The translations under genes were made by a program, and so were the position numbers. This document shows positions 23,794 to 32,439 of a stretch of DNA of 46,435 nucleotides, piece by piece. Each line of letters starts with the position of its first letter. Positions within the stretch are counted from its first letter, which is position 1. The DNA is from a virus: the IMG/VR virus record IMGVR_UViG_3300045988_129965, positions 1-46,435 of that record; one strand, 5' to 3'. The notes below the pieces were generated by a model, which saw nothing but the letters and a program-made list of their open reading frames with translations, had not been told where the DNA came from and did no database searches.

Positions 23794-24941
23794 CGGATCA
23801 GGGCTTTGTACGCCTGACCTATGACGACATTCTAAATCTAAAGATCAAGCGCGCGAGGGAGCTGTTTGGCGAGGACATCGACACGAGCGACCAGTCAGTG
23901 CTTGGCAAATTCATCCGCATCTGCGCCTACGATCAGGCCATCGCGGAGGAGGAGATCGAGGCGGTTTATTTTGCGCGCTTTCCGGACACGGCCTCCGGGC
24001 AGAGCCTGGACCGCCTGCTCGTGTTCACGGGCATTACCAGAAACCCGGCGGAGCCTGCGGAATACAGCGTAAAGGCCACGGGCACGGCGGGGCACACCAT
24101 TCCGGCGGGCTTCCTGGTGGGCACCGAATCGGGCATTACCTACTACACCGTCCAGGAGGCCACCATCGGCGAAGGGGGCACCTGTACGCTTAAAGTCAGC
24201 TGTACGCAAAGCGGCTCCCTGGGCAACGTGGTCGCCGGCTCCATTGACCGCGTTGTCAATCCGGACGCCAGCGTCACCTCCGTACAGGGCCTGGAGCGTC
24301 TCTCTGCGGGGCGCGACGTCGAGAGCGACAAAGACCTTCGGGCGCGCCTAAAGGCCGCCATAGCGGGCTCTGGCAGCTGCAATGAGAACGCGCTGCGGGC
24401 GTCGCTCCTGCGCGTCCCGACGGTGCAGTTCGCCGCCGTCGTCACCAACGATACCGACTCGACCGACAGCGACGGGCGCCCGGCGCACAGCTTCGAGTGC
24501 TACGTCCTGGGCGGCAACGACTACAGGCAGGAGATCGGCGAGGCGATCTACGATAAACGCCCGGTAGGCATTCAGACGGTGGGCGAGGAATCCGTCACCG
24601 TCAAGGACGGCAGCGGCAACGACACGACGGTCAAATTTTCGTTTGCACCCAACGTTTCCGTCACCGTAAAGGCCAAAATCAAGACCAGCGCCGCCTATCC
24701 AAGCAACGGCGACGATCTGGTGAGCGAAAACGTGACGGGCTACATCAACGGCCTGGGCATCGGCAATTCGCTGGTGCTGTCCTCCCTGTACGGCCATATC
24801 TACAGCGTGCAGGGCGTGCAGGAGGTTACCTCGCTTCAGCTGTCCACCGACGGCGGCACGTCCTACAGCACCGATAACGTCACCGTTCCGTCCTACGGCG
24901 TTGCCGTGTGCGCGAACGTGATCGTGGAGGTGGAATCGTGA
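23784..24941 (+). CDS. Baseplate J-like protein (XkdT-like)
   Basis: 385 aa in the conserved baseplate J position, with matching sequence style. Confidence 0.75.
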   Translation: MGLTDQGFVRLTYDDILNLKIKRARELFGEDIDTSDQSVLGKFIRICAYDQAIAEEEIEAVYFARFPDTASGQSLDRLLVFTGITRNPAEPAEYSVKATGTAGHTIPAGFLVGTESGITYYTVQEATIGEGGTCTLKVSCTQSGSLGNVVAGSIDRVVNPDASVTSVQGLERLSAGRDVESDKDLRARLKAAIAGSGSCNENALRASLLRVPTVQFAAVVTNDTDSTDSDGRPAHSFECYVLGGNDYRQEIGEAIYDKRPVGIQTVGEESVTVKDGSGNDTTVKFSFAPNVSVTVKAKIKTSAAYPSNGDDLVSENVTGYINGLGIGNSLVLSSLYGHIYSVQGVQEVTSLQLSTDGGTSYSTDNVTVPSYGVAVCANVIVEVES

Positions 24942-25567
24942 TCGCAGCCTTTAACCGCGAAAACCTGGCAAAAAACCTGCCGGACGTCTACCGCAAGGAC
25001 GCAGACTCCAACAATTACAAGCTCCTCGCGGTAGAAAAAAGCGCGATGGACCGCCTGCGCGCCGATCTGCAGGCCATCTTTGACAGCCTGGACCTGGACA
25101 AGGCCACCGGCAGCACGCTCGACCTGTACGGCGGCATGCTGGGGCAGGGCCGTGGCGCCGCCTCGGATGAGCAGTACCGGGTGATGATCAAGGCCAAGAT
25201 CTGCCGCACCCTCGCCAATGGCGACCACCGCAGCATCGTCGCCGCGATCTGCGCGACCTTCGGCTGCGAGCCTGAGACCGTGCAGCTGACCGAGCTTTCG
25301 GAGCCCTGCGTCGTACAGATCACCGGCCTGTCCTTTGAATCGCTCAATGCGCGGAATATCGACCTTACGACCGCGACGCAGATCATCTACCGGCTGCTGC
25401 CCGTTGGCGTGCGGCTGGAAAGCCTGGACTTCTCCGGCACGTTTGAATTTTCGGGCGGCAGCGAGCTGGTCTACGACGCGGACGCGGGCTTCGCGGATGC
25501 CGATCAGACGATCGGCGGGTATCTGGGCTATGCCGCAACCGGCGGTGTATCGAAACTACCTGTATAA
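24938..25567 (+). CDS. Baseplate/tail protein (XkdU / DUF2313-like)
   Basis: The GTG start overlaps the upstream stop (GTGA) after GGAGGTGG. The N-terminus contains NLPDVYRKD. Confidence 0.6.
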   Translation: MIAAFNRENLAKNLPDVYRKDADSNNYKLLAVEKSAMDRLRADLQAIFDSLDLDKATGSTLDLYGGMLGQGRGAASDEQYRVMIKAKICRTLANGDHRSIVAAICATFGCEPETVQLTELSEPCVVQITGLSFESLNARNIDLTTATQIIYRLLPVGVRLESLDFSGTFEFSGGSELVYDADAGFADADQTIGGYLGYAATGGVSKLPV

Positions 25568-25581
25568 GGGAGGAATAAACC

Positions 25582-26727
25582 ATGGATTTTGAAAAGACCG
25601 TCCCGGAATGGAATGCAGAAGGCACCGAGCCGCCCGCATCGCTAAAAACATCCGGTTTTCAGGCCGGATACAAGCCCCCGGCCACGTTTTTCAACTGGTT
25701 CTGGCACGGCGTCAGCGAGTGCCTGAGCGAGATCCGCGCCAAGATAAAGGGCCACGCGGAGAGCACCAACAACCCGCACGGCGTCACGGCCGAGCAGGTG
25801 GGCCTTGGCAACGTCAACAATACCGCGGACTCCGAAAAGCATGTACAATACGCCGGTGAGGCCGGCAGCGCGAGCAAGGTCGGAAACGAGCTTACCATCC
25901 GCTTCAACGGCGGCAGCGTGGAGAGCACAAACAAGTGGACGTTTGACGGCTCCACGTCACGCTCCGTAAACATCACCCCGGCCAACATTGGCGCCGCAAA
26001 GGACGATCTGAGCAACGTTACGGATGCGGCGCTGCTGAGCAAGGCCCAGGCGGCAGGCGTCAGCGTCCCGATCGTCGCGGCCGCCTCTGCGGACGGTGTG
26101 GCCTACACGGCCACGGTGCCGGGCGTGACGGAGCTGTACAACGGCCTGACGTTCATCATCGTGCCGGACAAAGAGAGCACCACCAACGCGATCACGCTCG
26201 ACGTAAACGGCCTGGGCGCCAAGTACGTCCGCATCCCGCTTAGCTTCAACACCGCGGCCATGACCATCCCGGCGGCCAACAACTACTACGCAGCCGGCCG
26301 CCCCGTCATGGTCCAGTACGACGCAAACTATGCGACCAGCGGCGCCTGGAAAACCATCGACAAGCAGCGCACCTCGGCGCAGGATCTGTACGGCAAGGTG
26401 CCCATCGACGGCGTGAACGGCCTGCAGGCTGCGCTGGACGCCAAGGCCACCGTATCCAATTACACCGCCACCCTCCTCTCCACCGGCTGGACGGGCAGCG
26501 CTGCGCCATACTCGCAGGAGGTCACGGTCCCGGGCATTACGGCGGACGATACGCCGCTGGTGGATATCATGCAAACGGGCGCAGAATCTACGGACGAGCC
26601 CATGCGCGAGGCGTGGGGCGTGGTTACGCGCGTTGTGTCAGGCGCGGACAAGATCACAGCGTATGCCAGCGAAAAGCCGGCAGTTGATCTGCCGCTGCAG
26701 ATAAAGGTGGTGAAAAGCAATGGGTGA
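25582..26727 (+). CDS. Tail fibre protein
   Basis: The N-terminus WNAEGTEPPASLKTSGFQAGYKPPATFFNWFWH is a conserved Firmicute prophage fibre motif. Confidence 0.75.
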   Translation: MDFEKTVPEWNAEGTEPPASLKTSGFQAGYKPPATFFNWFWHGVSECLSEIRAKIKGHAESTNNPHGVTAEQVGLGNVNNTADSEKHVQYAGEAGSASKVGNELTIRFNGGSVESTNKWTFDGSTSRSVNITPANIGAAKDDLSNVTDAALLSKAQAAGVSVPIVAAASADGVAYTATVPGVTELYNGLTFIIVPDKESTTNAITLDVNGLGAKYVRIPLSFNTAAMTIPAANNYYAAGRPVMVQYDANYATSGAWKTIDKQRTSAQDLYGKVPIDGVNGLQAALDAKATVSNYTATLLSTGWTGSAAPYSQEVTVPGITADDTPLVDIMQTGAESTDEPMREAWGVVTRVVSGADKITAYASEKPAVDLPLQIKVVKSNG

Positions 26728-27715
26728 GTGCTTGATCGTAAGGCATGGCGGCAAGGCGCGGCTTAAAAGCATCAGCGTAAAAACCCCGCCCACAAAGCTG
26801 GAATATCTGGCCGGGGATACGTTTGACCCGACCGGGCTGGTGCTGTCCGCGCTGATCGGCGGTGTGGAGGTGGATGTAACCACCGGATATATCATTACCC
26901 CCACAACACTTACGGCGGATACTACGGCAGTAACGATTACCTACGCCCTGGACGGCAAGACCGCGACAACGACGCAGGCGGTGACGGTCAAGGCATATGA
27001 TCCTGTGTTTGCCAATAATACTTGGGAAAAAATTATTGAAGCCGCAGCATCCGGCAGGGCCAGCGAGCTGTGGTCGGTTGGCGACACAAAACCCTATACC
27101 ATCGGCGATGAGACATATACCGCGCGGATTATCGGCTTTGATCATGATACGCTGGATGCGACCGACGCAAAGTACGGCGACGCATCCTACAACGGCGGGA
27201 AAAACAAGGCCGCAATCACGCTGGAAACGGTGGAATGCACGTCAACGGCCTATCAAATCCACACCAGCAATAAACCGGCCATCGGCTGGCGGGACTGCGC
27301 CATGCGCAATACGACGCTTCCCGCAATCAAGGCGACAATCCAGAGCGCGATCCAGAACGCCATCCGTACCGTAGTCAAAAAGCGTGCGGAATCCCCAGCC
27401 GCTGACTATGGCAAGTACTATGAGACCCCTGATACGCTTTTCCTCTTGTCGATAATGGAGTACAATCGGGAGAGCAGCGCTTCGCAAGGCTGGAAAGACG
27501 AGGGAACACCATACGCCTATTATGCAGCCGGAAACGTTTTGACAAAAGTCAAGAACGGAACAAGTACAAACACCAATTATTGGACGTCCACGGCTGCACA
27601 TCTGCAATCCAGCAATTATAGGTTTCAGGATGTAAAGACAGATGGCTCAACCGGACTTTTCGAGTATAACTACATGAACCAGCCGGAGAACGTTGCCATC
27701 GCATTTTGCCTTTGA
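26720..27715 (+). CDS. Putative receptor-binding tail protein with an Ig-like (Big) domain
   Basis: The segment SISVKTPPTKLEYLAGDTFDPTGLVL...TAVTITY resembles a bacterial Ig-like domain. The C-terminal domain is distinct and visibly more A/T-rich. Confidence 0.6.
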   Translation: MGECLIVRHGGKARLKSISVKTPPTKLEYLAGDTFDPTGLVLSALIGGVEVDVTTGYIITPTTLTADTTAVTITYALDGKTATTTQAVTVKAYDPVFANNTWEKIIEAAASGRASELWSVGDTKPYTIGDETYTARIIGFDHDTLDATDAKYGDASYNGGKNKAAITLETVECTSTAYQIHTSNKPAIGWRDCAMRNTTLPAIKATIQSAIQNAIRTVVKKRAESPAADYGKYYETPDTLFLLSIMEYNRESSASQGWKDEGTPYAYYAAGNVLTKVKNGTSTNTNYWTSTAAHLQSSNYRFQDVKTDGSTGLFEYNYMNQPENVAIAFCL

Positions 27716-27732
27716 GAAAGGAGCGAGAAACC

Positions 27733-28065
27733 GTGTTTACCATCACCAAATCCGGCGTAGAAATCGCCGTCACCGAGCGGCCTACCTACATCCGTTTGCA
27801 GTCCAACGGCGCGTTTGGCCTGTGCACGCGCGAGCAGGCGCAGGGCATCGCCTGGGAGGGCACGCCGTACCACGTGGAGGGCATGCCCGCCATTGACCGC
27901 GAGGACGTGGAAACCGTGGTCCTTACCGAGATCGACGGCGGCAAGCGCATGACGCAGGCCGAGTACAAAAACAAGCAGCTGACGGCCCAGCTGAAAGCCG
28001 CGGGCGATCAGCTGGAGCTGCTGGAGGGCTGCGTGATCGAAATGGCGCAGACCGTGTATGCGTAA
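27733..28065 (+). CDS. Hypothetical protein (tail-fibre-associated position)
   Basis: GTG start after AAAGGAG; 110 aa. Confidence 0.5.
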   Translation: MFTITKSGVEIAVTERPTYIRLQSNGAFGLCTREQAQGIAWEGTPYHVEGMPAIDREDVETVVLTEIDGGKRMTQAEYKNKQLTAQLKAAGDQLELLEGCVIEMAQTVYA

Positions 28066-28136
28066 CTTGTTTACACGCGCGGCCAACGCGCTTGTAATAA
28101 TTACTTGTGCCATCGTGCACAGAAAGGACGGGATTA

Positions 28137-28312
28137 TGGATATGTTGAAGGTACTGTTTGCCAGCAAGGTGCTGATGGGTCAGATGGAGTTTGACGCCGT
28201 TCCGCGGCTGCTCAAGCCCGGCGTGGCGCAGGAAATCATCGACGCCGGCATGCCCGAGATCGTACCCGTGGAATACGGCGGAACGCTGCCCGCCGATCAG
28301 CCCGCGGAGTAA
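28137..28312 (+). CDS. Small hypothetical protein (58 aa)
   Basis: ATG follows AAAGGA, and a strong terminator follows the gene. Confidence 0.45.
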
Positions 28313-28319
28313 GGCTGCG

Positions 28320-28351
28320 GGGCAGGGACTAAAACGTCCCTGCCCTTTTTT
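28320..28351 (+). terminator. Rho-independent terminator at the end of the tail operon
   Basis: A 10-bp stem GGGCAGGGAC/GTCCCTGCCC followed by T6. Confidence 0.85.
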
Positions 28352-28383
28352 CTTCGTAAATACGGATAAGGGAGACCAACGCT

Positions 28384-28692
28384 ATGACGGTCTATCAATG
28401 GCTTTGCCTGCTGGGCATTCCCGCCCTGCTGGCCGCGTTTATCAAGTACCTGCTTGCACAGATCAAGGGCGTGCGGATGGGCGTGCAGGCGCTGCTCCGC
28501 GCCCAGATGATCAGCGAGTACAACAAATGGTCGGAGCGGGGCTATGCCCCGATCTATGCCCGGCAGAACTTCGAGAACTGCTGGACGCACTATCACGCCC
28601 TGGGCGCCAACGGCGTGATGGACGATATACATCAGAGATTCACGGCGCTGCCTACCGAACCGAAAGGAAAGGAGAATCGCACGCATGATTAA
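28384..28692 (+). CDS. Membrane protein of the lysis cassette (holin-like/accessory)
   Basis: N-terminal TM helix VYQWLCLLGIPALLAAFIKYLL; the gene lies immediately upstream of the holin. Confidence 0.5.
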   Translation: MTVYQWLCLLGIPALLAAFIKYLLAQIKGVRMGVQALLRAQMISEYNKWSERGYAPIYARQNFENCWTHYHALGANGVMDDIHQRFTALPTEPKGKENRTHD

Positions 28693-28945
28693 CTGGACTG
28701 TTCGCCTCAAGAACAAGAATTTCTGGCTGGCCCTGATCCCGGCCCTGCTCCTGCTGGTGCAGGTCGTGGCTGAGGTATTCGGCTTCCACCTCGATCTGGG
28801 CGCGCTTGGCGATAAGCTCCTGGCCGTTGTCAACGCGCTTTTCGCGGTGCTGGCGATCCTGGGCATCGTGACCGACCCGACCACGGCGGGCGTGGCCGAC
28901 AGCGCCCAGGCGCTTACCTACACGGAACCCAAGCAGCATGATTAA
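28685..28945 (+). CDS. Holin (phi LC3-type)
   Basis: The sequence MINWTVRLKNKNFWLALIPALLLL...GIVTDPTTAGVADS matches this holin family pattern. Confidence 0.8.
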   Translation: MINWTVRLKNKNFWLALIPALLLLVQVVAEVFGFHLDLGALGDKLLAVVNALFAVLAILGIVTDPTTAGVADSAQALTYTEPKQHD

Positions 28946-28955
28946 TTGATATACG

Positions 28956-28982
28956 AAAAGGGCGGTTTTCCGCCCTTTTTTT
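28956..28982 (+). terminator. Rho-independent terminator between the holin and endolysin genes
   Basis: GGGCGG/CCGCCC stem with a TTTT loop, followed by T7. Confidence 0.8.
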
Positions 28983-29014
28983 ATTACGCAAAAACGCAAC
29001 CGGAGGGATGCTTT

Positions 29015-29755
29015 ATGGCATATGACAAACAAAAAGTGATCAATATCGCCCTGGCGGAGGAGGGCTATCGCGAGAAAAACAGCGCCACCCAGCTGGACGA
29101 CAAGGCCGCCAACGCCGGCTCTAAAAACTATACCAAGTACGCCCGCGATCTGGACGCGCTGGGCTTCTATAACGGTCGCAAGCAGGGCGCGGCCTGGTGC
29201 GATGTGTTCGTGGACTGGTGCTTTGTACAGGCCTACGGCAAGGCCGCGGCCCTGGCCATGACCTTCCAGCCTACCAAGGCGGCCAACAACTGCGGCGCCG
29301 GCTGCCGCTACAGCCGCAACTACTACAAGGCCAAGGGCCAGCTGTTCAACGACCCGCAGCCGGGCGATCAGATTTTCTTCTGGTCCGCGGACCGCAGCCA
29401 GGTGCAGCACACAGGGCTGGTCTACAAGGTAACGGACAGCCGGGTATTTACGATTGAGGGCAACGCCTCCGACGGCGTGCGCAGGAAGGTCTACAGCCGC
29501 GCCTACAGCCGCCTGGCGGGCTTTGGGCGCCCGGCCTATGGAACGGCCCAGCCCGCGCAGCAAACGCCCTCAGCGGCCGCCACGGGCCAGCAATCGCAGT
29601 ATCAGACCTACACGGTCAAGCGCGGCGATTGCCTGTGGAACATTGCCGCCCGATTCCTGGGCAGCGGCGTCCGCTATAAGGAGATCGTGCAGCTCAACGG
29701 CCTCAAATCGTCCCTGATCCGCACCGGGCAGGTGCTCAAGATTCCAAAGCGCTAA
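29015..29755 (+). CDS. Endolysin: CHAP-type amidase/peptidase domain plus a C-terminal LysM
   Basis: The sequence has CHAP-like Cys/His context (AAWCDVFV..., QHTGLV) and the LysM segment YTVKRGDCLWNIAARF. GGAGGG lies 7 nt upstream of ATG 29015. Confidence 0.8.
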   Translation: MAYDKQKVINIALAEEGYREKNSATQLDDKAANAGSKNYTKYARDLDALGFYNGRKQGAAWCDVFVDWCFVQAYGKAAALAMTFQPTKAANNCGAGCRYSRNYYKAKGQLFNDPQPGDQIFFWSADRSQVQHTGLVYKVTDSRVFTIEGNASDGVRRKVYSRAYSRLAGFGRPAYGTAQPAQQTPSAAATGQQSQYQTYTVKRGDCLWNIAARFLGSGVRYKEIVQLNGLKSSLIRTGQVLKIPKR

Positions 29756-29765
29756 GGAGGCAGAA

Positions 29766-30563
29766 ATGAAAGCCATATCCATCAACCTGGGGCCAAGCGT
29801 GCGCGAGATGGAGCTGCTGCCCATCGCGGACACGCACATCGGCGACCGGCGCGCGGACGAGGAGCTGCTGCGCCAGCGCATCCAGTACATCGCCGACACG
29901 CCCAACTGCTACACCATCCTCAACGGCGACCTGCTCAACAACGCCGTGCGGCAGGGCGTATCGGATATCTACGGCGAGCGCCTGTCCCCCATGGAGGCCG
30001 TGGCGCTGACCTGCGAGCTGTTCGGGCCGATCAAGGACCGCATCCTGGCCGTCACGGACGGCAACCACGAGGAGCGCACCTACAAGCAGGACGGCATCCA
30101 GCTGGGGCGCTTTGTGGCCAGCGAGCTGGGCATTGCCGACCGCTACAGCGCCGAGGCCGTGCTGCTGTTCCTGCGCCTGGGCCGGTACGAGCACGGCCGC
30201 AGCACGCGCACCACAGGCAACGAGCCGCGCCCGATCGTCTATACGATCTACGCCACCCACGGCGACGGTGGCGGCCGCAAGGAGGGCGCCAAGGTGATCC
30301 GCCTGGCTGATCTTGCGGCCGTGGTGGACGCGGACATCTACATCCACAGCCACACGCACCTGCCGGTCGTGATGAAGCAGGGCTTCCACCGCGTGGAGAC
30401 GCGCAGCAGCACCGTGACGCGGGTGGAAAAGCTGTTTGTCAATACGGGCGCATACCTGAACTTCGGCGGCTACGCCGAGCGCAAGGGCTACAAGGCGCCG
30501 AGCCTTGCCACGCCGATCATCCGCCTGGGCGGCACGCGCAAAAGCATGGAGGCCAGGCTATAA
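29766..30563 (+). CDS. Calcineurin-like metallophosphoesterase / Ser-Thr phosphatase-like protein
   Basis: Motifs DTHIGD, GDLLNN, GNHE, HGD and SHTH occur in canonical order. Confidence 0.85.
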   Translation: MKAISINLGPSVREMELLPIADTHIGDRRADEELLRQRIQYIADTPNCYTILNGDLLNNAVRQGVSDIYGERLSPMEAVALTCELFGPIKDRILAVTDGNHEERTYKQDGIQLGRFVASELGIADRYSAEAVLLFLRLGRYEHGRSTRTTGNEPRPIVYTIYATHGDGGGRKEGAKVIRLADLAAVVDADIYIHSHTHLPVVMKQGFHRVETRSSTVTRVEKLFVNTGAYLNFGGYAERKGYKAPSLATPIIRLGGTRKSMEARL

Positions 30564-30568
30564 GCAAA

Positions 30569-30595
30569 GCCGGGGAGCAATCCCCGGCCATTTTT
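30569..30595. terminator. Bidirectional terminator between convergent genes
   Basis: GCCGGGGA/TCCCCGGC stem with T-rich flanks on both strands. Confidence 0.75.
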
Positions 30596-30729
30596 CATTT
30601 CCGATTCTTTTTGTACGCCTCCACCCGTTCCCGGTTCCGCTGCTCCATCTGTTTCATCAGCTCCAGCTTCTCCCGGATAGTCAACCGCCTGAGCGGCCGC
30701 TTTTCCTTGTCATTCCTGGGTTTTTTCAT
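30595..30729 (-). CDS. Small basic protein (44 aa) downstream of the integrase
   Basis: GGAGGTG RBS. The product reads MKKPRNDKEKRPLRRLTIREKLELMKQMEQRNRERVEAYKKNRK. Confidence 0.45.
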   Translation of the reverse strand: MKKPRNDKEKRPLRRLTIREKLELMKQMEQRNRERVEAYKKNRK

Positions 30730-30757
30730 TGCTTCACACCTCCATAATAATGTGTAT

Positions 30758-30793
30758 ATCATGGGTGTGCGGATGAGCTAACACACCCTTCAT
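30758..30793. other. Imperfect inverted repeat next to the int 3' end; candidate attP core or int terminator
   Basis: ATCATGGGTGTG, 12 nt, then CACACCCTTCAT; 10 of 12 positions are symmetric. Confidence 0.25.
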
Positions 30794-30814
30794 GTGCATG
30801 TGCGGCGTAAGGGA

Positions 30815-32362
30815 TCACAACCGCAGCTGCACACTGATATTATAAGAGTTTTCGCCTTTCTTCCAGCCCTTGATGGACTTGTCAACCGGCGGGCTGCCCT
30901 TGAATACGATCTTATCGACAACTGCCCGCAGAAGGCGGTTTTTTTCTTGTGGGGAGGCATCCGGCTCTTTGAGCTTGGCGATGGCAGCCTCCAGGCTGGC
31001 GACGCGCTCGGCGTAGTCTACACCCCGCGGCATGGCCGCCCGGGTGTCATGGAGCTGCTTCTGGCAGGCCTCCATCTTCTCACGCAGCTGGGCATTCCGG
31101 CGGTCGAAAAGCTCCTGCGTATAGCGGCCGGTCTCCAGCAGCTCGTACTGCTTGTCCTCCTGCTGGTGATAATCCGCCAGCTGCTTTTCCAGCTTGGCCA
31201 GCAAGCGCTGCTGGATCTTCGCCGCGTCCCCGTCGCCGTTTTTCACCTTCAGGCGCAGGGCGGGCAGCTCCACGCTTTCCAGCGCATGGATGATGGTCTG
31301 GTTCAGCTCGCTGTACTTGACGGACTTATAGCACCGGCGGGCCTCCCGTGTGGCGCGGCACTCGTAGCGGTCCTCCGCGTGCTTGTACGGGTGAATGATC
31401 ATCGCCCGACCGCAGCCGCCGCAGACCAGCATACCGCTGTACGGATTCTTGAGGTCGTAGGTATGCTTGACGCGCGGGTTACGCGCCACAAGCGCCTGCG
31501 CCTTGTTCCAGGTCTCCATATCGATGATGGCCGGGTGTCGGCCCTCGGCCAGGATCACGTCCTCCGGCTCCTGGGTGATGCGCTTGGTGATCACCTCGCC
31601 GTTGTCCAGCATGGGCACGGATTTGACCTTATTAAAACGCACCTTGCCGATATAGTGCTCGTTGCGCACGATGTGGCGGATGGTGTCCTTTTTCCAGCGC
31701 TCGGCACGCGGCGGCTTGATGTTCATGTCGTTCAGCCGCTCGGCGATGGCAAAGGGCGTCAGCTGCTCGCGGGTGTACAGGTCAAAGATCATGCGCACCA
31801 CGTCCGCGTCGTCCTCCACGATCTCCAGCGTGTGGTCCTTGCCGATCTTGATCTTGCGATAGCCGAACGGCGCATAGGTGCCATTGTAGCAGCCGCGCTT
31901 GGCCGCGGCGACGCGCCCGCGGAAAAGGATCTCCTTGGTGTACTCCAGGTAGTCCCGGCCGCGCAGCAGCTCGTCCTGAAAGAACTTGCGCTCCATCTTA
32001 TTGGCCAGGTTGTAGGTCATCACCGGCGTGCAGACCTGCGTGTTGGTATAACGGAATGCGTTGATCAGCTGCCCGCAGTCGGCCAGATCGCCACGGGATA
32101 GACGCTGCGGCTCCACCACCAGCACGCCCGTGATCTGCGGGTCCTCGATGCGCGCCAGCACTTTCTTGATCTCGATCCGGTCGTTGATGGACTCGCCGCT
32201 CACGACCTCCCGGTAGATGTTCTCCTCGGGGATCGGGCCGCCCAGCTCGCGGATGGCGTACTCCTGCAGCATGGCCTCATGCTTGGCCAGCACCTCCTCC
32301 ACGGTCGCGTTTGGATCGTCTTGTCTTGATTTACGTTGATACATGATGTGATGTTGTGGCAT
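30815..32362 (-). CDS. int: Large serine recombinase (integrase)
   Basis: 515 aa with the N-terminal catalytic motif YQRKSRQDD, recombinase and zinc-ribbon segments (CGGCG...C), and a coiled-coil C-terminus. Confidence 0.93.
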   Translation of the reverse strand: MPQHHIMYQRKSRQDDPNATVEEVLAKHEAMLQEYAIRELGGPIPEENIYREVVSGESINDRIEIKKVLARIEDPQITGVLVVEPQRLSRGDLADCGQLINAFRYTNTQVCTPVMTYNLANKMERKFFQDELLRGRDYLEYTKEILFRGRVAAAKRGCYNGTYAPFGYRKIKIGKDHTLEIVEDDADVVRMIFDLYTREQLTPFAIAERLNDMNIKPPRAERWKKDTIRHIVRNEHYIGKVRFNKVKSVPMLDNGEVITKRITQEPEDVILAEGRHPAIIDMETWNKAQALVARNPRVKHTYDLKNPYSGMLVCGGCGRAMIIHPYKHAEDRYECRATREARRCYKSVKYSELNQTIIHALESVELPALRLKVKNGDGDAAKIQQRLLAKLEKQLADYHQQEDKQYELLETGRYTQELFDRRNAQLREKMEACQKQLHDTRAAMPRGVDYAERVASLEAAIAKLKEPDASPQEKNRLLRAVVDKIVFKGSPPVDKSIKGWKKGENSYNISVQLRL

Positions 32363-32439
32363 CTCGTTCCCCTTTCCAGGCCCTTCGCGGGGCCTTATTT
32401 ACAGGTTTTTCCTTCTCTGGTAATAACTGGGTAACAAAA

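Noticed and set aside
25582-27715. A diversity-generating retroelement acting on the tail fibre genes.
   Set aside because: There is no reverse transcriptase anywhere in the genome, and I could find no template/variable repeat pair for the fibre C-termini.
28946-29014. Upstream TTG start that would extend the endolysin ORF to 269 aa.
   Set aside because: The extension would be translated through a strong intrinsic terminator (28956-28982) and has no RBS. ATG 29015 has GGAGGG at ideal spacing.
30794-32101. 435-aa plus-strand ORF opposite the integrase.
   Set aside because: It is the antisense shadow of a clearly recognisable large serine recombinase. Its composition is low-complexity and it has no RBS.
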